This document shows positions 22,237 through 32,408 of a DNA stretch of 64,000 nucleotides, in pieces. The first letter of the stretch is position 1. Each line of letters starts with the position of its first letter. Source of the DNA: Nitrospirota bacterium (GTDB lineage: Bacteria; Nitrospirota; UBA9217); the NCBI GenBank assembly GCA_963751455.1, contig CAVVUN010000008.1, positions 192,001 to 256,000 on the forward strand, written 5' to 3'. The notes beneath the pieces are model-generated. The model was not told the origin of the DNA. It ran no database searches and worked only from the letters and a program-made list of their open reading frames with translations. The translations under genes were made by a program, and so were the position numbers.

Positions 22237-22465
22237 TTCTTCCTTCTTGGGGCGTTACCGGCACAAAGGTTCTGACTCAAGTCTATCACGAAAAAGGTAT
22301 CGGGTGTATTCGAGGGCAGGAATTGCCATGGCGCTCTCAAATGGCTCACCTATGCCGGCGTAAACTGAAACCAGCTTTGCGGAAAAAAGATTGCCGATTA
22401 TAAATGAATTAATTATACTGGCTGAGAGAGTAAGGAAATAACGCTCCGACGGAAAGAGGTCATGC

Positions 22466-23230
22466 GTGACCGAAAACAAAAACAGGGAGCCGGCCGACAG
22501 GAGTCCGGACCGAAGTAAAAATCGTGCCCTCCTGGTTGACGGGTATGTACGGGACCTCTTCACCACCGGGATGATTCTGCAGCGTCTCGATTATGATGTA
22601 TATATCGTCAATACGGGCGAGGACGCAGTGAAAATCATGGAGGCCGCTCTTCCGGTCCTAATCATAACGGAGCTTACGCTTCCGAAGATGTCGGGTCTGG
22701 AACTGCTCATTCGCGTCAAACACGATCCACTGACCAAGGCGCTCCCGGTAATCATTCATACTGCGGAGGATGATGTGCAGCGTAAGGAACTGTGCCGGGC
22801 ATCGGGGTGCGCAGCTTTTCTGAAAAAACCGGTTGAACCCGACGCACTGTACAGCACGATCCAGCAGGCAACCAATGCAACGCCGCGGCAGTTCATTCGG
22901 CTGCGGACGCTGCTACCCGTGATGGTCGCCGGCAATCCCGTATCGGGAAACGTTTTCAGCACAGAGTATGTATCGGAGCTGTCCGAAAACGGCATCTTCG
23001 TTCGCACACTTAATCCCCGGCCGGTCAACGCAGTCGTTTCCGTCACGATTATGGTCCGTTCCATTCCCGTTAAATTGAAAGCGGTTGTCATGCACAGCGT
23101 CGCCTTAAAGCCGGGCCTGTTCAGGGAGCCCGGCATGGGTATGAAGTTCGTCGAAATATCGCCGACAGACCGTGAGCTGCTTAAAAATATAATTAAAGGG
23201 CAGATCCTCAAAGATATTCCGGCACAATAG
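22466..23230 (+). CDS. Atypical receiver + PilZ domain protein
   Basis: REC-like 'IITELTLPKMSG..KKP'; PilZ 'RQFIR', 'ELSENG', 'GMGMKF'. Confidence 0.8.
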   Translation: MTENKNREPADRSPDRSKNRALLVDGYVRDLFTTGMILQRLDYDVYIVNTGEDAVKIMEAALPVLIITELTLPKMSGLELLIRVKHDPLTKALPVIIHTAEDDVQRKELCRASGCAAFLKKPVEPDALYSTIQQATNATPRQFIRLRTLLPVMVAGNPVSGNVFSTEYVSELSENGIFVRTLNPRPVNAVVSVTIMVRSIPVKLKAVVMHSVALKPGLFREPGMGMKFVEISPTDRELLKNIIKGQILKDIPAQ

Positions 23231-23429
23231 GGCTGGTCGTCGCTTTATAAAGTTTTTATTCTGATATGCTGTTGATGCATCTCATAGCCCCCATCCGAAA
23301 TGAAAACTGTTCTTGTTTTTTACGAATAATTCCATTTAAATATACTTTTTTAATACTTATCTCCAACTCTACCTGGCCTTCGTATTATATAATTGAATCT
23401 AGAAAGTTGTTCTCGTAAAAGGAGATTTC

Positions 23430-24932
23430 ATGAGAGTACTTCTGGTTTATCCCAAATACCCCACTACGTTCTGGGGCTTCAGTTATGCGGTCAAGTTCAT
23501 TTCAAAAAAGGCGAGCCTGCCGCCTCTCGGTCTCGTCACTGTTTCTTCGCTGCTTCCCCCGGAATGGCAACAGCGACTGGTTGATATGAACATTCAGACG
23601 CTTGAGGATGAAGACCTGAAATGGGCCGATTATGTTCTGGTCAGCGCCATGACGATCCAGAAACATTCGGTTATGGAGGTAATCGAGCGATGCAGGTCGC
23701 TCGGGGTTAAAATAATAGCGGGTGGTCCGCTGTTTACAGCGGCCCCCCATGAATTCGAGCTGGTGGACCACCTCGTCCTGAATGAGGCTGAAGTAACGAT
23801 GCCTCTGTTCCTGAAGGACCTCGCAAAAGGAACTGCAGTTCATATGTATTCTTCGCCGCAATGGGCCGATCTCACCACTACTCCGACCCCGAACTTCGAT
23901 CTATTGGATCTGAAGGCGTATGCTTCCATGAACATCCAGTATTCGCGCGGGTGTCCCTTTGACTGCGACTTCTGCAACATAACGGTTCTGTACGGACGCA
24001 TGCCCCGCACGAAGACCGCAGAGCAGATACTTTCTGAGCTCAACGCACTGTATTTACGAGGGTGGAGAAACGGCGTTTTCATTGTAGATGATAATTTTAT
24101 CGGGAACAAGGGGAAGCTCAAGAAAGAGATTTTGCCTGCTTTGATCCAGTGGATGGAGAAACGAAATTACCCGTTCACGCTGTATACTGAGGTGAGCATT
24201 AATCTGTCTGACGATGAGGAACTGATGCGGCAAATGTCACAAGCGGGTTTTGATCAGGTTTTTGTGGGAATCGAATCACCAAACGACGAAAGCCTTGCGG
24301 AATGCAGCAAAGTTCAGAACCGGAACCGCGACCTCATCGCGAGCGTCAGAAAAATCCAGAAGGCCGGCCTGGAGGTTCAGGCGGGATTCATCGTAGGATT
24401 TGACAAGGACCCTTCCACCATATTCGAGCGTTTAACCGCCTTTATCCAGGAAAGCGGAATCGCGACTGCAATGGTGGGGCTTTTGAATGCCCCGCACGGC
24501 ACAAAACTCTATCGCAGGCTCAAGGAGGAAGGACGGCTGCTCAAATCACCGACCGGTGATAATACGGATTTCTCGATCAATTTTATTCCAAAAATGAGTA
24601 TGCAGCACCTGATGGACGGATACCGCAAGATTCTGAAGACAATTTACTCGCCCAAGAACTATTATGCCCGGGTAAAGACTTTCTTGAAAGAATATAAACC
24701 GCCGAAAGTCCGCCGGACGCGCCTGCGCTTCATGTATGTTAAAGCGCTCATCAAGTCATCAGTGCGGCTCGGCATCATCGGGCGCGAACGATATCAATAC
24801 TGGAAGTTGCTTTTCTGGTCTTTATTACGCCGGCCCCGGCTTCTTTCTGTCGCGATTACCCTCTCAATTTATGGCTTTCATTTCCGCAAGATCTTTGCGC
24901 ATCATGAAAAGGAATATCAGGCAAAACTCTGA
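23430..24932 (+). CDS. B12-binding radical SAM protein (DUF4070, HpnP-like superfamily)
   Basis: 'PPLGL', 'SRGCPFDCDFC', 'VDDNFIGN', 'GFIVGFD'. Confidence 0.88.
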   Translation: MRVLLVYPKYPTTFWGFSYAVKFISKKASLPPLGLVTVSSLLPPEWQQRLVDMNIQTLEDEDLKWADYVLVSAMTIQKHSVMEVIERCRSLGVKIIAGGPLFTAAPHEFELVDHLVLNEAEVTMPLFLKDLAKGTAVHMYSSPQWADLTTTPTPNFDLLDLKAYASMNIQYSRGCPFDCDFCNITVLYGRMPRTKTAEQILSELNALYLRGWRNGVFIVDDNFIGNKGKLKKEILPALIQWMEKRNYPFTLYTEVSINLSDDEELMRQMSQAGFDQVFVGIESPNDESLAECSKVQNRNRDLIASVRKIQKAGLEVQAGFIVGFDKDPSTIFERLTAFIQESGIATAMVGLLNAPHGTKLYRRLKEEGRLLKSPTGDNTDFSINFIPKMSMQHLMDGYRKILKTIYSPKNYYARVKTFLKEYKPPKVRRTRLRFMYVKALIKSSVRLGIIGRERYQYWKLLFWSLLRRPRLLSVAITLSIYGFHFRKIFAHHEKEYQAKL

Positions 24933-24987
24933 CGGGAGGCGTGGACTGATGCGGAAGCCCGGAACATTTCCGGGCTTCGCGCATGCT

Positions 24988-25257
24988 TCATGCAGCCCTG
25001 CTGTGGAATGACGCGATTTCGTCAGCAGTGAACTTGTCCACCTTGGTGATACAGGCGGAATCGAGCAACGAATCGGGTACCAGCGAAAGGGCTTCCTTTT
25101 CATTATTTGCGTCGACAATCGCGTATGCAGTATGATCTCCGTCCCTGCAGCCGTATACGAATTTATCGAGTGTTTCGGACCCTTTCGCCGCAATCTCGTC
25201 CAGCGCCTGCAGGCACTGTACAGGATCGTGTTTTGATGTAATTACAAAAAGCGCCAT
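24988..25257 (-). CDS. Hypothetical 89-aa protein
   Basis: GAGGA RBS; 'HDPVQC..GCRDGDH' His/Cys pattern. Confidence 0.65.
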   Translation of the reverse strand: MALFVITSKHDPVQCLQALDEIAAKGSETLDKFVYGCRDGDHTAYAIVDANNEKEALSLVPDSLLDSACITKVDKFTADEIASFHSRAA

Positions 25258-25287
25258 CTTCCATTTCCTCCTCTTGCCTTTGCCCGG

Positions 25288-26190
25288 TCACGCAGCTCTC
25301 GGCAGCGCCTCCCGGTATACAGGCACGATTACTTCATCACAGAATTCTACGAACGAAGTGGCAGTCGTGTTTTCCGAAGACCTTTTTTCATGCTGAATGA
25401 TGCCTTCATTGAAGGCCCTGCTCATTTCAATGTATAGCCTGCTTACATTCGGGGAAATCCCCATTTGAACCAGCTGTTTTTCGGCATCCAGGTAGGACGC
25501 CATCCGATACTGAAGCTCGGGTTTATTGATCTTGGTTCCAATTATTCTGGTCGCATCGTTCATGCTGAGCTCCTCTTTGCCGAGCAGATACCTGACCGAT
25601 GAGCCGGAGAAGTCCTTTTTTATAAGCCGTTCAGCGGCAAAAACCGCAACGTCTTTCGTTGAGATCATGGGAAAGCTCATCTCGCCCCGGTATGGGCCGC
25701 TGTTCAGCCCTTTTGCCTTGATCGAACTCATGTTCATAAGCAGGTTTTCCATGAAAAAAGCAGACCTGATATGAAGAACATTCAGCCCTTTAATCCTGTT
25801 GAGGCGTTCTTCCATGGAGTGCAAACCGACAATGGGACCTGTTCCCCGCGCTAAATCAGCTCCTACGCTCGACATATTAACCACATGAGATACACCGGCA
25901 ATCTCGAGAGCGCGCGCTGTGCTCTCGCAAATTTTGTCGGCATATGACACGTAATTATCGACCTTAAAAGCGGGCGGAATAAGGGTAAATACCGCATTCG
26001 ATCCCTTGAACGCCTGCACCAGAAACTCTGTATCGAGGATGTCTCCCGCCATGGCATCTGCGTTTTTCCCCACGAAAGGCCGAAGCTTTTCAGCAGAGCG
26101 GGCCACAAGACGGACTTTTTTCCCCTGTTTGACCAGGTTGTCGACGATCTTGCTTCCTACTTTGCCCGTTCCTCCTAAAACAGTAATCAT
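25288..26190 (-). CDS. NmrA-like NAD(P)-binding protein
   Basis: 'VLGGTGKVG', 'MSSVGA', 'FFMEN'. Confidence 0.85.
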   Translation of the reverse strand: MITVLGGTGKVGSKIVDNLVKQGKKVRLVARSAEKLRPFVGKNADAMAGDILDTEFLVQAFKGSNAVFTLIPPAFKVDNYVSYADKICESTARALEIAGVSHVVNMSSVGADLARGTGPIVGLHSMEERLNRIKGLNVLHIRSAFFMENLLMNMSSIKAKGLNSGPYRGEMSFPMISTKDVAVFAAERLIKKDFSGSSVRYLLGKEELSMNDATRIIGTKINKPELQYRMASYLDAEKQLVQMGISPNVSRLYIEMSRAFNEGIIQHEKRSSENTTATSFVEFCDEVIVPVYREALPRAA

Positions 26191-26381
26191 ACGGATCCTC
26201 CCTTCAAATACAGGACAAACATGGTCCTTGATACCTTAAAAGGTAGCACCCTCATACCGTGATGTCAACCTGGCTCCTTCTCCGCAGTATATAAAACCTG
26301 CGCGAAGCTTCATTGCGGATGTTGGTCTTGACAAAGAATGAGGTTATGCTATATGATTTTTCAGTAGCCAGGAGATTGTAA

Positions 26382-26669
26382 GTGGCCGGGATTCCTTCAC
26401 CCAATACCAGTATTGTCATCGAGCAGCGTGCCAGCCTGATTCCGAGGTTTAAAGTCCTCCTTCACAATGACGATGTCAACTCGATGGACCATGTTACGGA
26501 AGCGCTCATGCGTGTGTTCAGTCTTGCGCGATCCCGGGCCAAAAGTATCATGCTCGAGGCCCATCGAAACGGTGCGGCCGTGTGTGTCGTTGAGCCGCTG
26601 GAGCAGGCCGAACTGCACCGCGACAGGCTGATCTCGTATTCACTCATCGCAACGATTGAACAGGACTGA
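26382..26669 (+). CDS. clpS: ATP-dependent Clp protease adaptor ClpS
   Basis: 'KVLLHNDDVNSMDHV', 'MLEAHRNG'. Confidence 0.9.
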   Translation: MAGIPSPNTSIVIEQRASLIPRFKVLLHNDDVNSMDHVTEALMRVFSLARSRAKSIMLEAHRNGAAVCVVEPLEQAELHRDRLISYSLIATIEQD

Positions 26670-26749
26670 TCGTACAGGTAATGATTCGAGCTGTATTCCG
26701 GCGTTGCCGGTATAGAACGTGGGATTTTGTGTTTTGGAGGTTGTTACCG

Positions 26750-27193
26750 ATGTCAAACAAAAGAATCACCGGTGCCCGGTTTTACAGGGACGGACTATTC
26801 TTTGAGTGCCAGGGTGACGGCAAATGCTGTATATCTCGCGGCCGGTACGGCTATGTTTATCTTTCCTTCGGAGACCGGCGAAGACTTGCCGCCCATTTTG
26901 CGATTTCAACGGCCGAATTCACTGCGCGATATACCGAGAAAGAAGACAGTAACTATCAGTTGAAATACACCGGAAAAGACTGTCCCTTCTTCAGCCAAAA
27001 CCGCTGCTCCGTGTACGACGCCCGGCCATGGCAGTGCCGTACATGGCCTTTCTGGCCCGAGAACATGAATGAGACGGTGTGGCTGCGCGAAGTTGCCGCG
27101 TACTGTCCGGGAGTGGGAAAGGGCAGGCTTTATACGGCAGAAGAGATCAAAGAGATCATTGCGAAGAAGAAAGAGGTATCAAGCTGCCCCTGA
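26750..27193 (+). CDS. YkgJ family Cys-cluster (Zn/Fe-S) protein
   Basis: 'FECQGDGKCC', 'CPFF', 'CSVYDARPWQCRTWPFW', 'CPGVG'. Confidence 0.85.
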   Translation: MSNKRITGARFYRDGLFFECQGDGKCCISRGRYGYVYLSFGDRRRLAAHFAISTAEFTARYTEKEDSNYQLKYTGKDCPFFSQNRCSVYDARPWQCRTWPFWPENMNETVWLREVAAYCPGVGKGRLYTAEEIKEIIAKKKEVSSCP

Positions 27194-27292
27194 AGCGCTC
27201 CCCTGATGTTTTCTTCGGGCTCTGCTTTGATTGATACAATAAGGCATTTCGCAAGAAGCAATTGTTGAATAATTGATAGTTGTAATTAGACT

Positions 27293-27488
27293 TTGACAAA
27301 GGGCCTGCGTGAGCTATAAAATCTTCATAGGCGCAGTTCAATCGCCGCGCGATTTTTCCGGGCTTTTTACGAGTATCGATTCCTGACACCGCGGTTTCTG
27401 ATTCATGGAAAACATAGTCATGACAGTTTGAATCCGGTGCAGGACACAAGGCCTGGACGCCCACAAAAATGGTTGTCCGGCTTTTTTT
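27293..27488 (+). promoter_or_regulatory. sigma70 promoter plus structured leader ending in an intrinsic terminator (candidate attenuator/riboswitch or sRNA)
   Basis: TTGACA 27293, TATAAAAT 27315; stems 27357-66/27448-57 and 27381-91/27435-44; terminator 27451-27481 + T7 before the RBS. Confidence 0.5.
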
Positions 27489-27506
27489 ATTTGAAGGAGG
27501 CACACA

Positions 27507-27950
27507 ATGAATACACCGATCACAGTAAGCCAGGTATTACGGTCAAAGGGACATGAATACTGGTATATAGCACCGTCGGCGACCGCATATGAAGCTCTCG
27601 ATGTAATGGCCGCAAAAAATGTCGGCGCGCTGCTTGTAATGGAAAAAGGGAAACTCGTAGGCATTTTCTCCGAGCGTGATTATGCCCGAAAGGTCATCTT
27701 GAAGGGAAGATCGTCCAAGGTTACAACGGTAGAAGAACTCATGACGAGCCCTCCGATCTGCATCGATGCCGGCAAGTCCCTCCGTGAATGCATGGTGCTC
27801 ATGACCCAGAACCATATTCGCCATGTGCCGGTCATGGACAACGGCATGCTGAGCGGGGTCGTCAGCATCGGCGATATAGTGAACACAATAATCAGCGAGC
27901 AGGAAAGCACTATCCAGGATCTCAGCAGCTATATTTCCGTAGGGTACTAA
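27507..27950 (+). CDS. Stand-alone CBS-domain pair protein
   Basis: 'NVGALLV', 'GIFSERDYARKV', 'IRHVPV', 'SIGDIV'. Confidence 0.9.
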   Translation: MNTPITVSQVLRSKGHEYWYIAPSATAYEALDVMAAKNVGALLVMEKGKLVGIFSERDYARKVILKGRSSKVTTVEELMTSPPICIDAGKSLRECMVLMTQNHIRHVPVMDNGMLSGVVSIGDIVNTIISEQESTIQDLSSYISVGY

Positions 27951-27965
27951 GGCGGCGCCGGCCTT

Positions 27966-28463
27966 GTGGTCTTCTCTTACTACAATCGATTATCTGCCTC
28001 GCAAAAGAGAATTTACCGGAAGAGCGATGAAATACACTCGGTTGCCTTGCCGAACGCGGCTGAGCTTCATCCTCTTATAAGCCGTCTTTCTTCGGCGCTT
28101 ATAAGCGAAGACCGGGCCGAAATTGAAGAGCTGTGCTCCAGACTTGCCTCCGGCATTGCATCCGGACTGGGCACGCCGCCCATCCGTGTGCGCGTCCTTG
28201 CCGTACGGCCCAGCGCATCCTGGGGAGAACTTCACGGTCTCTATGCTCCGGCAGAGGGCGCTGTTTCCGCTGTGATTACGCTCTGGATGCGCACAGCGGT
28301 GCAGCGGCGGGTTGTGGCTTTCCGGTCCTTCCTCCGAACGCTCCTGCACGAGATCTGCCATCATCTTGATTATGAACTTTTCATGCTGCCTGATTCCTAT
28401 CACACCCAAGGGTTCTACAAGCGCGAATCAAGCCTGTTTCATCAATTAGTGCCTGCTGAATGA
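27966..28463 (+). CDS. Hypothetical HExxH (zincin-like) protein
   Basis: 'ELHGLY', 'TLLHEICHHLD', 'HTQGFY'. Confidence 0.7.
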   Translation: MVFSYYNRLSASQKRIYRKSDEIHSVALPNAAELHPLISRLSSALISEDRAEIEELCSRLASGIASGLGTPPIRVRVLAVRPSASWGELHGLYAPAEGAVSAVITLWMRTAVQRRVVAFRSFLRTLLHEICHHLDYELFMLPDSYHTQGFYKRESSLFHQLVPAE

Positions 28464-28479
28464 AACCTTTACGGATGAA

Positions 28480-28654
28480 CCTAAAAAAAGCATTTGGGAC
28501 GCAGAAAAATCGGATAAACGCAGATAAGGTCGGATAAAAAAACGTTCTTGTATCGTAAAAGCAGTCACCCTGCGGGTGAATTTTTTTCTCTAAAAATTCT
28601 TTTGTTTGATCTGCGGTTATCTGCGTTCATCTGCGTCCAACTGCCGTTTTCAGG
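28480..28654. mobile_element. ~175-bp MITE-like element, copy 1
   Basis: Near-identical to 33861-34042; imperfect TIR CCTAAAAAAAGCATTTGGGACGCAGA / TCTGCGTCCAACTGCCGTTTTCAGG. Confidence 0.8.
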
Positions 28655-28676
28655 ATGAAAGATGACCATGGCTGCA

Positions 28677-31376
28677 CTACACAATTCCTCTCCTTCTCAG
28701 CAGCTTTTCTATCTCCACCGCGATAAACACAATTGACGACAAGGCTAGCGTAAGAACGAGTTCGGCCGCTGTCAAGGGCTCGGTCTTGAATATGGGATTC
28801 AGAAATGGAATATAGACCGTCGCCATTTGAAGAATAAACGTCAGGAAGACCGCTGCGAGAAGGTATGTGTTCGAGAACAGCCCTATTGTGAAGAGGGACT
28901 GTTTTTCGGACCGGATGGCAAGCACATGACCAAGCTGGGTAAGGCAGAGCGCCGTAAAGACCATTGTCTGCCAGTGAGCGTGTCCGGTCCTTATCGACCA
29001 TGCCTGCAGAAACAAAACAATGGCGGCCATCAGCAGTCCCACCCATATTGCGTGATACCCCAGGCCCTGCGCGAACACGCTCTCTTTGGGGTGCCGCGGC
29101 GGCCGTTTCATGACGTCGCCTTCCGCCGGCTCGAGCGACAACGCGAGGGCGGGCAGACCGTCCGTCACGAGGTTGATCCATAAGATATGGATCGGCAGAA
29201 GCGGTATCGGCAGGCCTGCGAAGGGCGCAAGAAACAATGTCCAGATTTCGCCTGAGTTCGTTGTTAAAAGATACTTGATGAATTTTCTGATGTTGTCGTA
29301 GATCTTTCTCCCTTCCTTAATGGCCTTCACAATCGTGGCAAAGTTATCGTCCAGCAGGATCATGTGAGCCGCTTCTTTTGAAACATCGGTCCCGGTGACG
29401 CCCATGGCGATTCCTATGTCCGCCCGCTTCAGCGCAGGTGCGTCGTTTACTCCATCACCGGTCATGGCGACATATTGTCCCCTGTCCTGGAGTGCCTTTA
29501 CAATCTTCAGTTTCTGTTCGGGAGCAACCCGTGCGTAAACCCGGATATCCATCACCCGTTTTTCGAATTCTTCGATGGACAGCTTTTCGAGTTCCAGGCC
29601 TGTGATCATGGATGAGGCATCCGCATCGATTATGCCCAGCCTCCTGGCGATTGTAGCGGCAGTCAGCGGGTGGTCTCCTGTTATCATAACCGGAATAATG
29701 CCTGCCGCCTTTGCCTGGCTGACCGCCTCCCTGGCCTCTTCACGCGGCGGATCGAGCATGCCGACCAGACCCAGAACCATGAGCTCCGATTCAAGTTCTT
29801 CCGGTGACATCTCGCGTGGCAATGTATCCCATTTCTTCATGGCAATGCAGAGGACCCTCAGTCCCGAGGCGGCCATCGTATCGCTGATTTTCATGATAGC
29901 AGCCGGATCGACTGCGGCCGGCCCGGCTGAGGTAAGGATGGTCGCCGATTTATTAATCAGCACGTCAACGGCCCCTTTGGTAAAGGAGACAAAGCCATCG
30001 CCCCACTGGTGTATGGTAGTCATCGTTTTTCGAGCCGAGTCAAAAGGGATTTCCCCGATGCGCGGATATCGCAATTCGTAGTCTTGCTTTTCAAAGGAAT
30101 GCCGTCCTGCGAGTTCCAGAAGCGCGGCTTCCGTAGGGTCGCCGATAATTTTCGCCGTATCGTCTTTCCTGGCGTCATTGCAGAGGGCAATCGCGGACAA
30201 AAAAAACGTATGCGGTGTGCGGAGACTCATATCCCCGTTTATGAGTGGAACCGAGATTACCGGATGTCCGGCTTTCGTTTTAAGGTCCTTTTTTTCTTCA
30301 CCGTTCTTATTCCGCATTCCGAAATCCGCAATCCGCAATATCTCCTTGTCAATCCACAGCTCCTCCACGGTCATTCTATTAAGAGTGAGCGTGCCGGTCT
30401 TATCGGAACAGATGAACGTTACCGATCCCAGGGTTTCTACGGCCGGCAGCTTCCTGATGAGCGCATGCTGTTTTATGAGTTTTTTCGCGCCAAGGGCAAG
30501 TGAGATTGTTATGACCGCGGGTAGGGCCTCCGGAATGGCAGCGACGGCAAGCGATATGGCAGTGAGGAGCATCAATACGAGCTGCTCTCCTCTGACAACC
30601 CCCACAACAAACACGATGCCGCAGATCGTAAGAACCGCATACGCGAGTTTTTTGCCGAAGACGGCGAGACGCTTCTGAAGGGGCGTTTTGACTTCTTCCG
30701 CCCCCTGAAGCATGGCCGCAATTCTTCCGAGCTCGGTTTCCATGCCGGTAACCGTAACTACGCCCATACCGCGGCCATAGGTGACGAAGGTCCCCTTGTA
30801 GAGCATGTTTTTCCGGTCTCCAAGAGGAAGCGATTCGTCCGGAAGCGGGTCCGTATGTTTCTCGACCGGTACCGATTCTCCGGTAAGGGCCGCTTCTTCG
30901 GCCTTCAACTGTGCCGATTCGACTACCCGCATATCGGCAGGAACGATTTTGCCTGCTTCAAGCAGCACGACGTCTCCCGGGACCAGTTCCGAAGCGGGGA
31001 CCTCCACGGGCATCCCCTTCCTTATAACGAAAGCCGATGCGCCCGCCATCTTCTTAAGCGCAGCCATGGCTTTCTCGGCCCGATACTCCTGGCTGAAACC
31101 GAGGACCGCATTCAAGACCACGATCACGACGATCGCGATTGTGTCCTCGGGATCTCCCAAAACACCGGAGATGACAGCGGCCGCCACCAGAACGATGATC
31201 ATGAAGTCCCTGAACTGGTCCAGAAACATCATAAGCAGTGTTTTTTTCTTTTTCTCGAGAAGAAGGTTCGGACCGTACAGGCTCAGTCTTTTTTGTGACT
31301 CCTCGGCGTTAAGGCCTTCAAGCGTCGTTTTCAATTCCGACAGAACGTTCTGTATGCTGACTTTACGGTAATCCAT
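28677..31376 (-). CDS. Cation-transporting P-type ATPase (P2A, Ca2+ type)
   Basis: 'TGES', 'AIPEALP', 'DKTGTLT', 'KGA', 'MITGDH', 'GDGVNDAPAL'. Confidence 0.95.
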   Translation of the reverse strand: MDYRKVSIQNVLSELKTTLEGLNAEESQKRLSLYGPNLLLEKKKKTLLMMFLDQFRDFMIIVLVAAAVISGVLGDPEDTIAIVVIVVLNAVLGFSQEYRAEKAMAALKKMAGASAFVIRKGMPVEVPASELVPGDVVLLEAGKIVPADMRVVESAQLKAEEAALTGESVPVEKHTDPLPDESLPLGDRKNMLYKGTFVTYGRGMGVVTVTGMETELGRIAAMLQGAEEVKTPLQKRLAVFGKKLAYAVLTICGIVFVVGVVRGEQLVLMLLTAISLAVAAIPEALPAVITISLALGAKKLIKQHALIRKLPAVETLGSVTFICSDKTGTLTLNRMTVEELWIDKEILRIADFGMRNKNGEEKKDLKTKAGHPVISVPLINGDMSLRTPHTFFLSAIALCNDARKDDTAKIIGDPTEAALLELAGRHSFEKQDYELRYPRIGEIPFDSARKTMTTIHQWGDGFVSFTKGAVDVLINKSATILTSAGPAAVDPAAIMKISDTMAASGLRVLCIAMKKWDTLPREMSPEELESELMVLGLVGMLDPPREEAREAVSQAKAAGIIPVMITGDHPLTAATIARRLGIIDADASSMITGLELEKLSIEEFEKRVMDIRVYARVAPEQKLKIVKALQDRGQYVAMTGDGVNDAPALKRADIGIAMGVTGTDVSKEAAHMILLDDNFATIVKAIKEGRKIYDNIRKFIKYLLTTNSGEIWTLFLAPFAGLPIPLLPIHILWINLVTDGLPALALSLEPAEGDVMKRPPRHPKESVFAQGLGYHAIWVGLLMAAIVLFLQAWSIRTGHAHWQTMVFTALCLTQLGHVLAIRSEKQSLFTIGLFSNTYLLAAVFLTFILQMATVYIPFLNPIFKTEPLTAAELVLTLALSSIVFIAVEIEKLLRRRGIV

Positions 31377-31543
31377 GATCGTTCGGTATCCTTCTAAAGA
31401 GTCGTTAGCGTGCGCTGATTCGGGTCAAACACAACAGGTTTTTATTGCTTAGGGGAAACGTCAATTTTATTAGAATTTAGCACTATTACGGCGGGAAAGA
31501 AACCTGGGGACCGGACCGGAGCGAACAGGTGAATGACATTCAA

Positions 31544-31783
31544 TTACGGTTCCAGATCAGCAGCAGGATGGCATTTCTTATGGAACTTGACTTTTATTTT
31601 CTTAAGCAAACTCTGGGCCCATACGAATTCAGTGGCGAGAATTCCGAGGCCGACAGGTATTACGATAACGGCAGGCCCGGGCAAAACAATCATGGCAATG
31701 CCGACCGCGAGGACGAGAAATCCGGTCACGGCAATTACCGCCTGTTTTGCCCTTTTGGTGCCTTTTGACAGGAATGACGTCAT
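31544..31783 (-). CDS. PGPGW-domain small membrane protein
   Basis: 'MIVLPGPA..GLGILATEFVWA'. Confidence 0.8.
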   Translation of the reverse strand: MTSFLSKGTKRAKQAVIAVTGFLVLAVGIAMIVLPGPAVIVIPVGLGILATEFVWAQSLLKKIKVKFHKKCHPAADLEP

Positions 31784-32112
31784 GCTTATGCTCTTCTCTT
31801 GGAATCAAATAACGAAGTCGGGTTTCGGGATAAAGGCTATTTACTCCAGAACAGCAGCGGTGAGCCAATCTTTGCCGTATCGATTATTCGTACTTTTTCA
31901 CGAAGACCCGGAGCTTGCTGACTGGAGCTATGAGCATGCGTAATCCGCTGTCATAATCGTGCTGGCATATTGCCCAGCATCAAGTATTACTTACCACGTC
32001 CAGGGTTGTCAAGCACAAAATCGCGCACTTTATTGAAATCCGAGGGAAATCCGGGATTTTTGCCCTTGACACCTCTTTCTCTTTTGTATATAGTGCTAGC
32101 TCTGTCAGTTGC

Positions 32113-32186
32113 TGGGGGATCGTCCAGTGGTAGGACGACAGGCTCTGAACCTGTTTACGGGGGTTCGAATCCTCCTCCCCCAACCA
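32113..32186 (+). tRNA. tRNA-Gln(CTG)
   Basis: Acceptor TGGGGGA/TCCCCCA, anticodon arm ACAGG-CT-CTG-AA-CCTGT, GTTCGAATC, CCA; TTGACA near 32066. Confidence 0.97.
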
Positions 32187-32260
32187 GTTAACTACCTATT
32201 GAAAATTGCAGATTTCAAATTGTAAATTTCAATTTGTAATCCGACGCCTCATCAGGCAAC

Positions 32261-32336
32261 GGTCCCATCGTCTAGCGGCCTAGGACGCTGGCCTCTCACG
32301 CCGGAGACACGGGTTCGATTCCCGTTGGGACCACCA
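32261..32336 (+). tRNA. tRNA-Glu(CTC)
   Basis: Acceptor GGTCCCA/TGGGACC, anticodon arm CTGGC-CT-CTC-AC-GCCGG, GTTCGATTC, CCA. Confidence 0.97.
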
Positions 32337-32408
32337 ATCCAGATATCTAAAGTTGAACTCAACTGCGAACGTTAAATGCAAGGTCCTATTTTGCATTTTA
32401 GAGCGCCC

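Noticed and set aside
22415-22465. Glycine-riboswitch-like GAGAGAG..CCGACGG
   Set aside because: The CTCTCAGG element and remaining stems are absent.
27325-27488. Leader as 6S RNA or a ykkC/purine riboswitch
   Set aside because: No symmetric central bubble; the conserved ykkC and purine cores are missing or on the wrong strand.
31970-32191. ORFs 31970-32191(+) and 31980-32183(-)
   Set aside because: They overlap the promoter and tRNA-Gln; chance frames.
32113-32408. tRNA-anchored genomic island
   Set aside because: No integrase, and I found no duplicated tRNA 3' end in the window.
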